Assembly: GCF_036971445.1 (NCBI RefSeq)
Contig: NC_091474.1
Coordinates: forward strand, 184,512,001 to 184,576,000
DNA: 64,000 nt
Source of the DNA: Narcine bancroftii
Taxonomy: Eukaryota
Direction: 5' to 3'
Both the position numbers and the translations under genes were made by a program. Under the pieces are notes generated by a model that worked only from the letters and a program-made list of their open reading frames with translations, was not told where the DNA came from and searched no databases. Positions 47,597-59,100 of the stretch are shown in pieces; the first letter of the stretch is position 1; each line of letters begins with the position of its first letter.

Positions 47597-50500
47597 TGTG
47601 GTGATATGATCACCAGCCTACTATAGGGGGCGATCTCTATACCTGCAGGAAGACCACCTAAGGGGCTGACTCCACCTGGCTGGCTGTCATTCAGCTGACC
47701 TGAATAGACCACCTAAGGGGCTGACTCCACCTGGCTGGCTGTCATTCAGCTGACCTGAATAGACTACCTAAGGGGCTGACTCCACCTGGCTGGCTGTCAT
47801 TCAGCTGACCTGAATAGACCACCCAAGGGGCTGAATCCACCTGGCTGGCTGTCAATCAGCGACCTGAATATAAACCTGAGTCGGCCCCTCCTTAACCAGT
47901 CACACGGGGAGCCACCAAGGCTTGAATTGGTGTTCAGACTTTTACTGGAATAAAGCCTGTTGTACAGTCTTTTGAGTTTATGCTTGCTTGCTGCTACCTC
48001 AGTGCACTGACGATCAGGAGCCTGGAAATTGACCCCCAACACCTGGATGCCCAAGCATGCTTCGAGATCTGGAAGCACGAGATTGAGGTGATCATCCTAA
48101 TACAGGCTGAGGTGATCAAGATCAAGCTGGGCCCACAAGCTTTCCAGGCCATCAAGGACTGCCTGGGCTATGAACATGCGATGGCAGTTCTGGAGAGCAT
48201 GTACAAGCCCCTGACAAACATGGTCTACACCCAGTACCTGCTCAGCATCAGGTCCCAGGAGCCATGTGAGACAGCAGATGCCTCTCTGGAGGCCCTGCGT
48301 GAGCTAGCATGCCCATGCCTGACTGACATCGGGGTGACTGAAAGGGAAGTGGAGTGACTGATCCGGGACACCTGAACTTGAGGAGCACCCGACAAAAGCT
48401 GCTGGATGAAAACATTGCCTCATTTACCAAGACAATGGAGGTAGTCTGCTTCCTGGAGGCTGCAGCTTATCATGCAGAGGTCTTCGATGCCCGACACCCC
48501 CAACCTCCTGCCTGACAGATGCCTCAGGGCCCAACGTGGAGGAGACGATCACACTGGCTGGCGCAACTCGTCTCTAAGTACTGCGGGTCCTGGTGTGGAT
48601 CAGACAGGCAAAGGCTGCCCAGCGAGGAACTCGCATTGCTCCTGATGTGGGAAGAAAGGGCACTTCGCTAAGGTGTGCCTTTCCAAGCCTGTCAGGAGCA
48701 CTGTGGCCCTCTGAGACCAGCTGGGAGCCCTCCCGAACGCCGCCATGTGCGAGGACTGGATGACACCATTACTCACCCTGCCACTTCCCCCCCCCCCCCC
48801 GCCCCCCCGATGACATCACTTGCTGCCCAGCCACTGACCTGCACCACTGCAGTGTGCTCACCCTGGGTGTTGCCATCTTCCTCCGGATAACGTTCGCCCA
48901 CACTGAAGATGTCACTTCTGCTCACTCAGATGACATCACCTCCAGCTTCAATGCCGGTCAGGTCGCCCGACCGCACTGATGCTATGTGTTTCCACCAGGT
49001 GCCACCGTCTTGGGCCAGCCGGGCCCCAACTGCCACAAAATACGCACCACATCAATGGGACGACACGGTCAACATGGGTGCATAACCGATGGCCCCTCCG
49101 ATGCACCCCACACCCTGGAAAGAAGTCACTGGCCGCTACTCACCTCATCCATCGGGGAGCAGCGACACAGCACACAGCCCGGTGACCACTCCCAATCCAC
49201 CTGCGGCCTCTCCACGCTATGGGTAACCTCTCCCGCCCTTTTCAACTACCTTGCGTCGGACTGCAAGCCCATACCTGCCAAGAGCAGGCGCTATTGCACG
49301 AATGACAAGGCCTTCATTAAGGCAGAAGTGAGGCGGCTACTGGCGGAAGGTATCACAGAGCCCAGCACCAGTCCCTGGAGAGCCCAAGTCCAAGTAGTAA
49401 AAGGGGGTAGCAAACCGAGCATGGTCATCGATTATATTCAGACCATAAACCAGTACACCCAACTGGAAGCCTACCCCCTACCCCGAATAGCTGACATGGT
49501 CAACGAGATAGTCCTCTATAAAGTCTTCTCGACAATTGACCTAAAGTTGGCCTACCACCAACTCCCTATCCACACCCGGGATAAACAATATATCACCTTC
49601 GAGGCAGATGGGCACCTCTACCAGTTCTGCTGGGTCCCATTTGGGGTCACTAATGGGATTTCTGTTTTTCAGCAAGAGATGGACTGCATGGTAGACTGGC
49701 ACAACCTAAGAGCGACCTTCCTGTACTCAGACAAAGTCACCATCTGCGGCCACGACCAGCAGGATCACGATGATAACCTGGCAAGATTTCTCTGGGCAGC
49801 TGATGAGCTGAACCTCACTTACAACAAAGAGAAGTGCGTATTCAGCACACCTGCCTCGCCATCCCCAGGAAATCAGCAACTGGGGTCTCCCACCCAGCTT
49901 GGCTCACATCTCCGGGACCGGTGCTCCTCTGCAAACAGGTGCGGGCCCACAAGTCTGACACGTTGGTCGAGCAGGTGCTCCTCCTCCACGCCAACCAGAA
50001 CTACGCCTATGTCAGGTACCTCAGAGGCCATGAGGACACTATCTTGACTAGGGATCTGCCATCAGCAGGGGCCCCACCCACCCAGCATCACGACTACCCA
50101 GCCCAACCTCTCCACCATGGGTACCCTTGGCCCACCCAGGATTCGGAGGCCAACCTCCTCCCTCTGGCCCTCCGGAGTATCCCACTCTTTTTTTTTGTTG
50201 AAAGTTTTATTTTAAAGTTTTACAAAGCATCTACATACAAAAAGTTTTAAACAACAAAAAAAAACACCCCAACCTCCCACCTAAATTATCCCATCCCACC
50301 CCCACCCCCACCATCTGGAGTTAAAAAAAAAATTAGTAGTGGGTATTTAATGGTTACTGCTTGGTGTGCCAACCCTTTACATATCATTTATTTAACATCC
50401 AAACCCATACATTCCAAATATAAACTCCACATTTTAACAAAAAAGGATAATTATTTCACAAATTGTAAGTTATCTTTTCCAAATACAAACACAATTGCAA

Positions 50501-51132
50501 TTCATTATGCCATCTTTGTAAATTCAATTCCACATCATTTTTCCACATTACAGCCATATATTTTCTTGGTACAGCCAACCCTAATCAGAAAACCCCACTC
50601 CTAGCGGACCACACCCACCCGTCCACCCCTCCACAGACAGATATACTTCCCACAGCTACGCTGGTCCCAGCCAACCCTCAGGCATTCATGCCCTAACCGA
50701 CCTTTGACCAGGAACCAAACCTGCAACGATCCCAGAGACTCTGCTGGCCGCCGGACCACCTGAATCTAAATACCTGGCACTGTTTTACACTCACTCTCCC
50801 CCCAGGAGAATTTTAAGAAGGGAGTGAATGTGGTGATATGACCACCAGCCTACTTCAGGGGGTGATCTCTATACCTGCAGGAAGATCACCTAAGGGGCTG
50901 ACTCCACCTGCCTGGCTGTCAATCAGCTGACCTGAATAGATCACCTAAGGGACTGACTCCACCTGGCAGACTGTCAATCGGCCGACCTGAATATAAACCT
51001 AAGCTGGCCTCTTCTGAGCCAGACACACGGAGAGCCACCAAGGCTTGAACTGGTGTTCAGACTTTTACTGGAATAAAGCCTGTTGTAGTCTTTTGAGTTT
51101 GTGCTTGTTTGCTGCTACCTCAGCGCCCCACA
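47597..51132 (+). mobile_element. Internally deleted Gypsy LTR retrotransposon
   Basis: TGTGG..CCACA termini; 5' LTR 47597-~48007, 3' LTR 50829-51132; PPT 50815-50828; TSD AGCTC/AGCCC; gag zinc-knuckle remnant CGKKGHFAKVC; RT SPWRA..YPLPRI..FSTIDLKLAYHQ..PFGVTN; RNase H and integrase core absent. Confidence 0.92.
50188..50593 (-). mobile_element. L1-type 3' fragment nested in the Gypsy element
   Basis: Poly-T at 50188; TSD CCCACTC 50181-50187 / 50594-50600; RWHNELQLCLYLEKITY remnant. Confidence 0.75.
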
Positions 51133-51289
51133 AGCCCCAAATATTGGGAGCATATTGGAATTCAGCAGAGGAAGATCAAGAAGTTGATGAAGAAAGGCAT
51201 TGAAAGGAAAAGATTAGTGGAAGTAATTGGGAATAAAGTAGTCAAAATTTTTAAATTTCGACATATAGGAAGGTAACATCAGCTGTTCT

Positions 51290-51525
51290 GTGGCACCCAA
51301 TTAACCTACACCCCCTCCCCTCCCATTCAACCACCCCCGTCCCCCCAGTTAAGTTTCAAATGGTGGGAGAAAACTGGAGCCTCTGGGGAAAACCCACACA
51401 GACACAGGGAGAATGTACAAACTCCTTGCAGCCAGTGCTGGATTCAAATCCCAGTCCCAATCGCTAGCGCTACCTAGGTGTTGCACTAACTGTTGTGCCA
51501 ACTGTACAGCCTCACTATGTTTAAC
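51290..51525 (-). mobile_element. V-SINE copy
   Basis: Reverse complement of the 4480/62185 SINE. Confidence 0.75.
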
Positions 51526-52999
51526 TATGTTAAGCAATTAGTTTGTCTCTTGTCACAGAAAAATTTGCAGGTCTCGCAGAGTCCAAAGACAGTAAAGATA
51601 TATAAATGACATTTCGGGCCTGAGCCCTTCGTCAAGGTGTTTTGGTTGCAGATTATACCAACTGCAAAAAAATGCATCATGGTAATGTATCCAAGATATT
51701 CCCCAGCATCACCCAAGCTTGTGACCTCTACCATTAAGGAAAAAGACAGCAAGTACATAGAAACACCACCATTTGCAAACTCTTCTCCAAAATATGTTAT
51801 CATGATCTGGAAAAATGCAGCTTGCTCATCATTGCTTGATCTAAATCCTGCCCCCCAACCATCTGTAGTACCATCAACAAAATGACTGCAACAGTTCAAG
51901 AAAACAACAAAAACATGCACATATTAGGGAATCAAGGGTTTCGTGAGGATAAGGAACTAAGTTCTATGATTTGGTACAGAGAAGTTGGTGAACTTTAAAG
52001 CTGATGTTGCAAGGACTTAATAATTACAAATTTAGGGATAATGGATGCTCTGGTTATCTTCTTCCAATGTTTTGGAGAATTTCGAATTGTTCCTTTGGAT
52101 TACAATGTGGAGTGGAGTAATGCTGAACCCATAGTGAGGAACATAATAATAGAATACCTTGAAAATAATAATCATATTGAACTGTATTACTGAGCAATTT
52201 ATTTCTAGTCCTATTCTAACAGGTATTGGTCGCATAAAACTAGTAATGCAACTGTCAATGGATGCTTTCTAATCAATAACAAGCATCACTTTCAATGTTG
52301 CAACTGATTTTTCTTGAACTGGAGACATTGCTTTTAATTTGTATGTATTTCATGTTACTGTAAAGGTAAAGCATTTTATCTGCATTTTGGAATTGGAAAT
52401 AGTTTTTTTTCGTGTTTGAGGAAGTGTTTGGATTGCTTTGTAATTAAGATTTTCCTTCAGGAATCGTTTGTCATTTTCCATTCTCTTTCCAAATACATTT
52501 TTAGGAAAAAGCTGAATTATCTTAAAGTTTCTTCACTCTCTTTCCACTAAAATGAACGTTATCACTGAAACTGTGTCTTGTCTGCCATACATAGGTTCAT
52601 TGGACAAATCTTAACTGCCAGATGTTGGAGCAGAGCTAGGAAATTGTCTGCGATGACCTCGGGAATTTCAGAGCCTTCATGTTTGTGGGTACTCGCACAA
52701 CAGTCCTGAGTCTGCTGACAGTTCCGTGAGAAAATTCTGTCAGTTACGTCCGTGACTGGTGGCATTTTTCAGGACAGTATACCATCCTGCATTTATTTTC
52801 ATTCTTACCATGATCAATTAAAGTGAGTTCATCAAACTTTATTTGATTACACTGCTTCGCACAAGATGTCATGAAGCAATTTTTATTGTGTGTAATTCGT
52901 TTTAAAAAAAAAAACCGACAGTAAATCAGAGCTTCTGCATAACATGCACTTGATTAAAGTTATTGATCATGTTTTTTGGCAAACAATAGTAAGTACTTA

Positions 53000-53735
53000 A
53001 TCTCCCCTTGGCACCTACCTGTGTGACTGCAGGAGATGGTCCACCTGAACCCACACCTTCTCCCTCCCCACCATTTGGGGCACCAAATAGCTCTTCCAAG
53101 TGAAGCAACACGTCACTTGTGAATCTGTAAGGGTTATCTACTGCATCCGGTGCTCCCTTTGTGGTCTCTACATCAGAGAAACTGAGCACAGATTGGGAGA
53201 TTGCTTCATTGAGTACCTTGACTCTGTCCATTGCAATAGTGTGGATCTCCCAGTGGTTATGCATTCCCTTCCTGACATGTCTGTCCATGGTTTCATGCAC
53301 TGCTAGACTGAGAACATCTGCATACTGGAGGAACAACACGTCATCTTCCATCTGGGCACCCTCCAACCAGATGGCATTAACGTCAACTCCGGTTTCCATT
53401 AAACCACCTCCCCACCCCCCCATCTCTGGACCTCAGTCTCCTTTCTCTCTTTTTTTTCTTTCTTTCTCTCTCTCTCTCTTCCTTCCCTCATCTCATTACA
53501 GAGCCAGAAACAATTTTCTCCTTTTCCATTTACCATATCCAGTTAACATTTTTTGTTTGTTAGTCTGGACCCCTCCCATTCTTCCACCTTTCTCTCTGTC
53601 TTTACTGAGACACCTGCCTGCTTTTTGCTATACCTTGAAGAAAGGGTCAGGTCTGAAACGTCAGTCATATATATCTTTACCTCCTATGGACTCTGTGTGA
53701 ATGGCTGTGTTCTCCAACATTTCTGTGTGTTTTTG
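53000..53735 (+). mobile_element. Degenerate Penelope-like element
   Basis: GIY-YIG segment VTCESVRVIYCIRCSLCGLYIRETEHRLGDCFIEY; hammerhead motif at 53629-53670. Confidence 0.85.
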
Positions 53736-53884
53736 CTTACTGGGTAATCTCTTTGTCAAATGAGTCTCAAGATAATGTAATTGCAGGCATTTTCCAAGTG
53801 GATGACAAGGAACCTGAAATCTAATGCAACAGCTACATAGAACGGAAGAAGATTTTAAAAAAATCAACATTTAAATATCCTGCC

Positions 53885-53934
53885 ATGGAGACTAAAGAAT
53901 TGAGAAAAGAGAGAAGGCCAGGTTATTTTGCCAG
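53885..53934 (+). CDS. ncoa7: NCOA7 first coding exon (METKELRKERRPGYFAR); the gene continues beyond the window
   Basis: Kozak GCCATGG; 50-nt coding part ending AG|GTAAAT; resembles the human NCOA7 N-terminus MDTKEEKKERKQSYFAR (recalled); syntenic downstream of hey2; exon acceptor uncertain (53786, 53832 or 53840). Confidence 0.88.
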
Positions 53935-54574
53935 GTAAATTATTTCATATTATTGGAAATGACTTAAAATGTTATGAATAGATACCTACAGAACAAACAA
54001 GCTTGCATCTCGCTCTTTAGAATAGCTTGGATGTGCTTGTTGATTATTATCTAGAGTCTAGAACCGGTATAGGATTATACAAAAGCTGCTATTTTATGCA
54101 ATGTACTGTTTATAGCAAGAAAATGGGTTTTTTTTAGGGTGCAGTGACAAATGTCTTCTGTTGTTTTGTGAAGGAAAATGTTCTGCTTTGTATTTTCTAA
54201 TATTTTGGACAGAAGATAGTTTTCCTTTTTTGCAATTATATATATATATATATAAAAAAAGTAAATTAAATGTTCCTTGTGTTACTAAATATGTCTTAAG
54301 CACAGATTTAAAGCCTGTTCACATGGTCAGTATTCCTTCTGCTTTGATTTTCTCCCTGCTAATGTATAACACTTTTTAGGTCCAGTTGTTTTTTTTGATA
54401 TTTTCTGATTCTACACACTAAGTTGTAGACAGGTCCACATGTACATTTGGTGTGAAGTTTTATCCATGAAATTTTCAACATTGATGTCAACGCAGTATAT
54501 ATTTTAAGAATTAAATATATAGAGAACTTGGACCAACAATCAAATGTGAAATAATCTTTGAGAAAATGAATGTT

Positions 54575-55422
54575 GAGAGGAGTCACGTGATGGAGTAGTG
54601 GCCGGTCGGAGAATACCAGCCTTCTCCAGAAAAGAAGAAATAAAGTGAAGAAAACACAAAGTTCAAGAAACACAAAACACAACAAATAAAAGAAAAAGTT
54701 GTGGAGAAAAGAAAGAAAATGGCACCCAAGAAGGAAAAAGTAAAAACAACGGGGGAAAAAAAGAAGAAAAGATGCCGGAAGAGAAAGGAGAAGGCCTTAC
54801 CTGCATGAAGAAACAGGGAGCCGTCGTGGAGAAAAGAGCCCGCTCCCCAAGGTTGGTGACGACCCCGCAGAGTCGCGACCTCCCGACCGCTGGACTGCAA
54901 AAATGGCTCTCTGAACCAAACAGAAGTACGCAATGCGCACACTAAGGAAAAAGAAAACACCGATGGGCCAGCTGAAGAGCGAACCAACATAGTGCGACCA
55001 GCTGAGGGATGCCCAACATCAGGGCTCTCAGCTGGAAGAAGAGAAAAGTGACAGGAAAGGGAGTGATAGGAAAGAACAGCAACAGGAGGCCCAACAGATA
55101 ACTAACCCAGAAGAAGAGGACCAACAGCAAGAAGCCATGCAAAAAGACGCCCAGCTATATTAATAAATAAAAATGTACCAATCATAATAGAGGAGGAAAT
55201 AATAGATCTAGCAGGGAGGTATGTAATGATAGTGTCAGATATATTCAGAATTCTGGAATTTGATCAACATATATGCACCTAATGAAGAGGATCAAAAGTT
55301 TATGCAGGATATATTTTTGAAGATTGTAGATACACTGGAATATATTGATAGGAGGGGATTTTAACCTTAATTTGGACCCAAAGTTGGATAAAACTGGACA
55401 AAAGACTTGCAAAAAGAATAAA
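54575..55422 (+). mobile_element. L1-type element: 5' UTR joined to part of the endonuclease, 3'-truncated
   Basis: 5' end GAGAGGAGTCACGTGATGGAGTAGTGGCCGG shared with 59756(-); APE motifs NIYAPN and IGGDFN; TSD GAGAAAATGAATGTT / GAGAAAATAAATGTT. Confidence 0.8.
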
Positions 55423-56194
55423 GAGAAAATAAATGTTTATTATTTTTATGTTCTATAAATGCTACTTGGCTGACTGATTTTAAATACAGTGCACAAAGTA
55501 TGAGGATAACTTGTATCAAGCATGAGAAGTTAACAGAGGTGGTGGTGGTGGCAAGTCACAGGACATAAATTTTTAATATGGATGAATTAAGAACATGAGA
55601 AAAAGGCATCCATAAAAATGTGTATGCTGCTGACCAATTTGTAATAGTCAGAGGGTGAGTTGATATTTTGTAATACAGGAATAGCTTCTCCATTGTTCAG
55701 TGGGGTAGAGGGAGAAGAATGGAAGGGGTTTTTGGTTTTTTTTGAGTCAGGCAGAAGAAGAATATTTCTGTTCTGGGGATGAAAAGAAATACTTAATGCA
55801 CACATTTAGGTGATCATTGTATCATGGAGTATCAGAAGAGTAAAGACCTGGATAAATAAAATTCAAATGCCACCAAAACAGCTGTGGAATTTAAATTCTA
55901 TTAATAATATAGACTTTAGGGTGATTTTAAAATACTAATTAGTCTTAATCATGATCAGATTGTTATGGGGGTTGAGGGGGGGAACCCTCTGGTTTTCTTT
56001 AATGTCTTCAGGAAGCAATCTGCTAGTCTTACCTTTACCTGCATATGATCTCAGGCTTACCTCATGTGAATGATTCCTAAATGCTATCTGAAGTGATGAG
56101 GAAGCCCCTTGGATGCACGAGCACTACTATGTTTAAACAGAGGCCAAAGTGGTTCAAGTCGATGGCTCACTGCCACCTCAATGCTGACATTTCT

Positions 56195-59100
56195 AATTTT
56201 TTTTTAAATTTTTCACACTATGAACCATATCAATCAAAATACACACAAACATTTCCCTCTTGAATATACACAGTCATTTTCTCCCCTTTTTCACCCCTCT
56301 CTTCCCTCCCTCCTTCCCACCCCCCTTCCTACCCACTAAACGTTCAACATATGCATTACAATAAACCCATTAAACAATGTCATCACACAATGGAAATAAA
56401 TAAGAAAATTGTATCATCTACTTTTACACACTGGGTCAGTTCATTTCGTTGTCTTCTCATTCTATCATTTTAGGGGGTGGAGGTCTGCGGTAGGCCCTCT
56501 CGTGTTCCATGTACGGTTCCCAAATTTGTTCGAATAATGTGACTTTATTTTTTAAAATTATGTTATTTTTTCCAATGGAATACATTTCTTCATTTCTATG
56601 TACCATTGCTGTACTCTCAGGCTCTCTTCTGATTTCCAGGTTGACATTATACATTTTTTTGCTACAGCTAAGCCTATCATAATAAATCTTTTTTGTGCTT
56701 CATCCAGTTTGAGGCCTAATTCTTTACTTCTTATATTACTTAGAAGAAAGATCTCTGGATTTTTTGGTATGTTGCTTTTTGTGATTTTATTTAATACCTG
56801 ATTTAGATCTTCCCAAAACTTTTCCACTTTCTCACATGCCCAAATTGCATGTACTGTTGTTCTCGTTTCCTTCTTACAGCGAAAACATCTATCTGATACT
56901 GTTGGGTCCCATTTATTTTGGGGGATGATAACCAATTATATTGTATCATGCGTAACCTCATGTATATTGTATTTCTCATAGTTCCGGAGCACAGCTTTTC
57001 CCATATTTCATTTTTTATCTTTGCGTTTAGATCTTGTTCCCACTTTAGGGTTTACAGCTTATTTCATCATTCTCTTTCTCTTGCAGCTTGATGTATATGT
57101 TTGTTATAAATCTTTTGATTATCATTGTCTGTAATCACATATTCAAAGCTGCTTCCTTCTGGTAACCTCAGCCTTCTTCCCAATTTGTCCTTTAAGTAGG
57201 CTTTCAGTTGGTGGTATGCAAACATTGTACCGTGAGTTATTCCATATTTGTACTTCATTTGTTCAAAAGATAATAAATTATTTCCCAAAAAACAATTTTC
57301 TATTCTTTTGATCCCTTTTCTCTCCCATTCTCTTTTTTTTTGCTTTCTTTTTTTTAAATTTTTTATTTTTCACACCATAAATCACATTAGCCATGATATA
57401 CACTATTTCTTTTTCACACATATACAGTGACTTTTTCTCCCCCCCCCCACTCCTCCCAAGCCACGCCCCCACCCCCCCTCTCATCCATTTTAGGTATACA
57501 ATCTAGGTTGCATTAAGCCAGTCAGACAATGTTGTCATTCAACAAAAATACACCAGAAATTCTACTAAGTCCATTCTTTTCTTTCCTTCTCCTTCCATCA
57601 ACTTAGGTAATGTTTGTCCCCGGTAGGTTTTCGCTATTGTATTTAATGTAAGGCTCCTATACTTGTTCGAATATTTCAATATTATTTCTTAACCTATATG
57701 TTATTTTTTCTAATGGAATACATTTATTCATTTAAGTTTAGTAGTTTCTTCCTTTTAATTTGGTTATGTATTCCATTAATATTTAAAGTCATATAGTTCA
57801 GCATAGCCCTTTTATATTTTGTTTATCTTCTCTTTCCGTTTTTCCATCATTACCTTTCCTCCTTTTCCATTTCTGTTTTCTTATTTTCAACTCTTTATAA
57901 GACAACATTCCTACAACATCCAACATTTTCCTTATTCTCCTATTTCTATCTTATTTATCCCCAATCTCCCCTTCCCCTCCTGAGTTGTCCTTTATCCCTT
58001 GTCGGACAACCACATCTCCCCTCTCCATTTGGATTTGCGAATCCACTCGCAAGCGTCAACTGATTTTGCAGTGACCGGTATTTCCCCCCACCCCGCCCCC
58101 CCAGAAAAGATTTCACTTTTCATATGTCACAAAGGTCACTCTTTTAATTCCCTCCTTATTCTCTCTATTCCATTACCTTCCCTTATTAATTCTTGTCTAT
58201 ACTATCTATATTTTCCTCTAAGTACAGATACATTCACGTATGCACATTGTCTCTATTCACTCTTATACCTCTTTACCCGCATACATATCAATCGTGATCA
58301 TTTTTACTCTCATTACCCGTCTTCATCCCTCGGTCTATTTTTGTCTTTACCCACATACATATCCATCGTGATCATTTTAACTCTCATTACCCGTCTTCCT
58401 CCCTCAGTCTATTTTTGTAATTGTTCTGCAAATTTTCGTGCTTCTTCTGGATCCGAGAATAGTCTGTTTTGTTGTCCTGGAATGAATATTTTCAATACCG
58501 CTAGATGCTTTAGTATAAATTTATACCCTTTCTTCCATAAAATCGCCTTTGCTGTATTGAACTCTTTTCTCTTCTTTAGGAGTTCAAAACTTATATCTGG
58601 ATAAATGAAGATTTTTTGCCCTTTATACTCCAGTGGTTTGTTGCCCTCTCTTACTTTTTCCATTGTCTTCTCCAGTACCTTTTCTCTTGTAGTATATCTT
58701 AGGAATTTTACTACAATAGATCTTGGTTTTTGTTGTGGTTGTGGTTTAGAGGCCAATACTCTATGTGCCCTTTCTATTTCCATTTCTTGCTGTAGTTCTG
58801 GACATCCTAGGGTCTTAGGGATCCACTCTTTTATAAACTCCCTCATATTCTTGCCTTCTTCATCTTCCTTAAGGCCCACTATCTTTATGTTATTTCTTCT
58901 GTTATGGTTTTCCATTGTATCTATTTTTTGAGCTAGTAGTTCTTGTGTCTCTTTAGTTTTTTTTTATTAGATTCCTCCAATTTCTTTTTTAAGTCTTCTA
59001 CCTCCATTTCTGCTGCTACTGCCCGCTCTTCCATCTTGTCCATTTTCTTTCCCATTTCTGTTAAGGTCATCTCTATTTTATTTATTTTCTCTTCTGTGTT

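Noticed and set aside
47651-47870. CRISPR-like array
   Set aside because: Contiguous tandem units with no unique spacers, inside an LTR of a vertebrate genome
48986-50047. 353-aa ORF as a functional or domesticated gene
   Set aside because: Gypsy RT remnant with a broken catalytic motif (YSDK), fused across deletions
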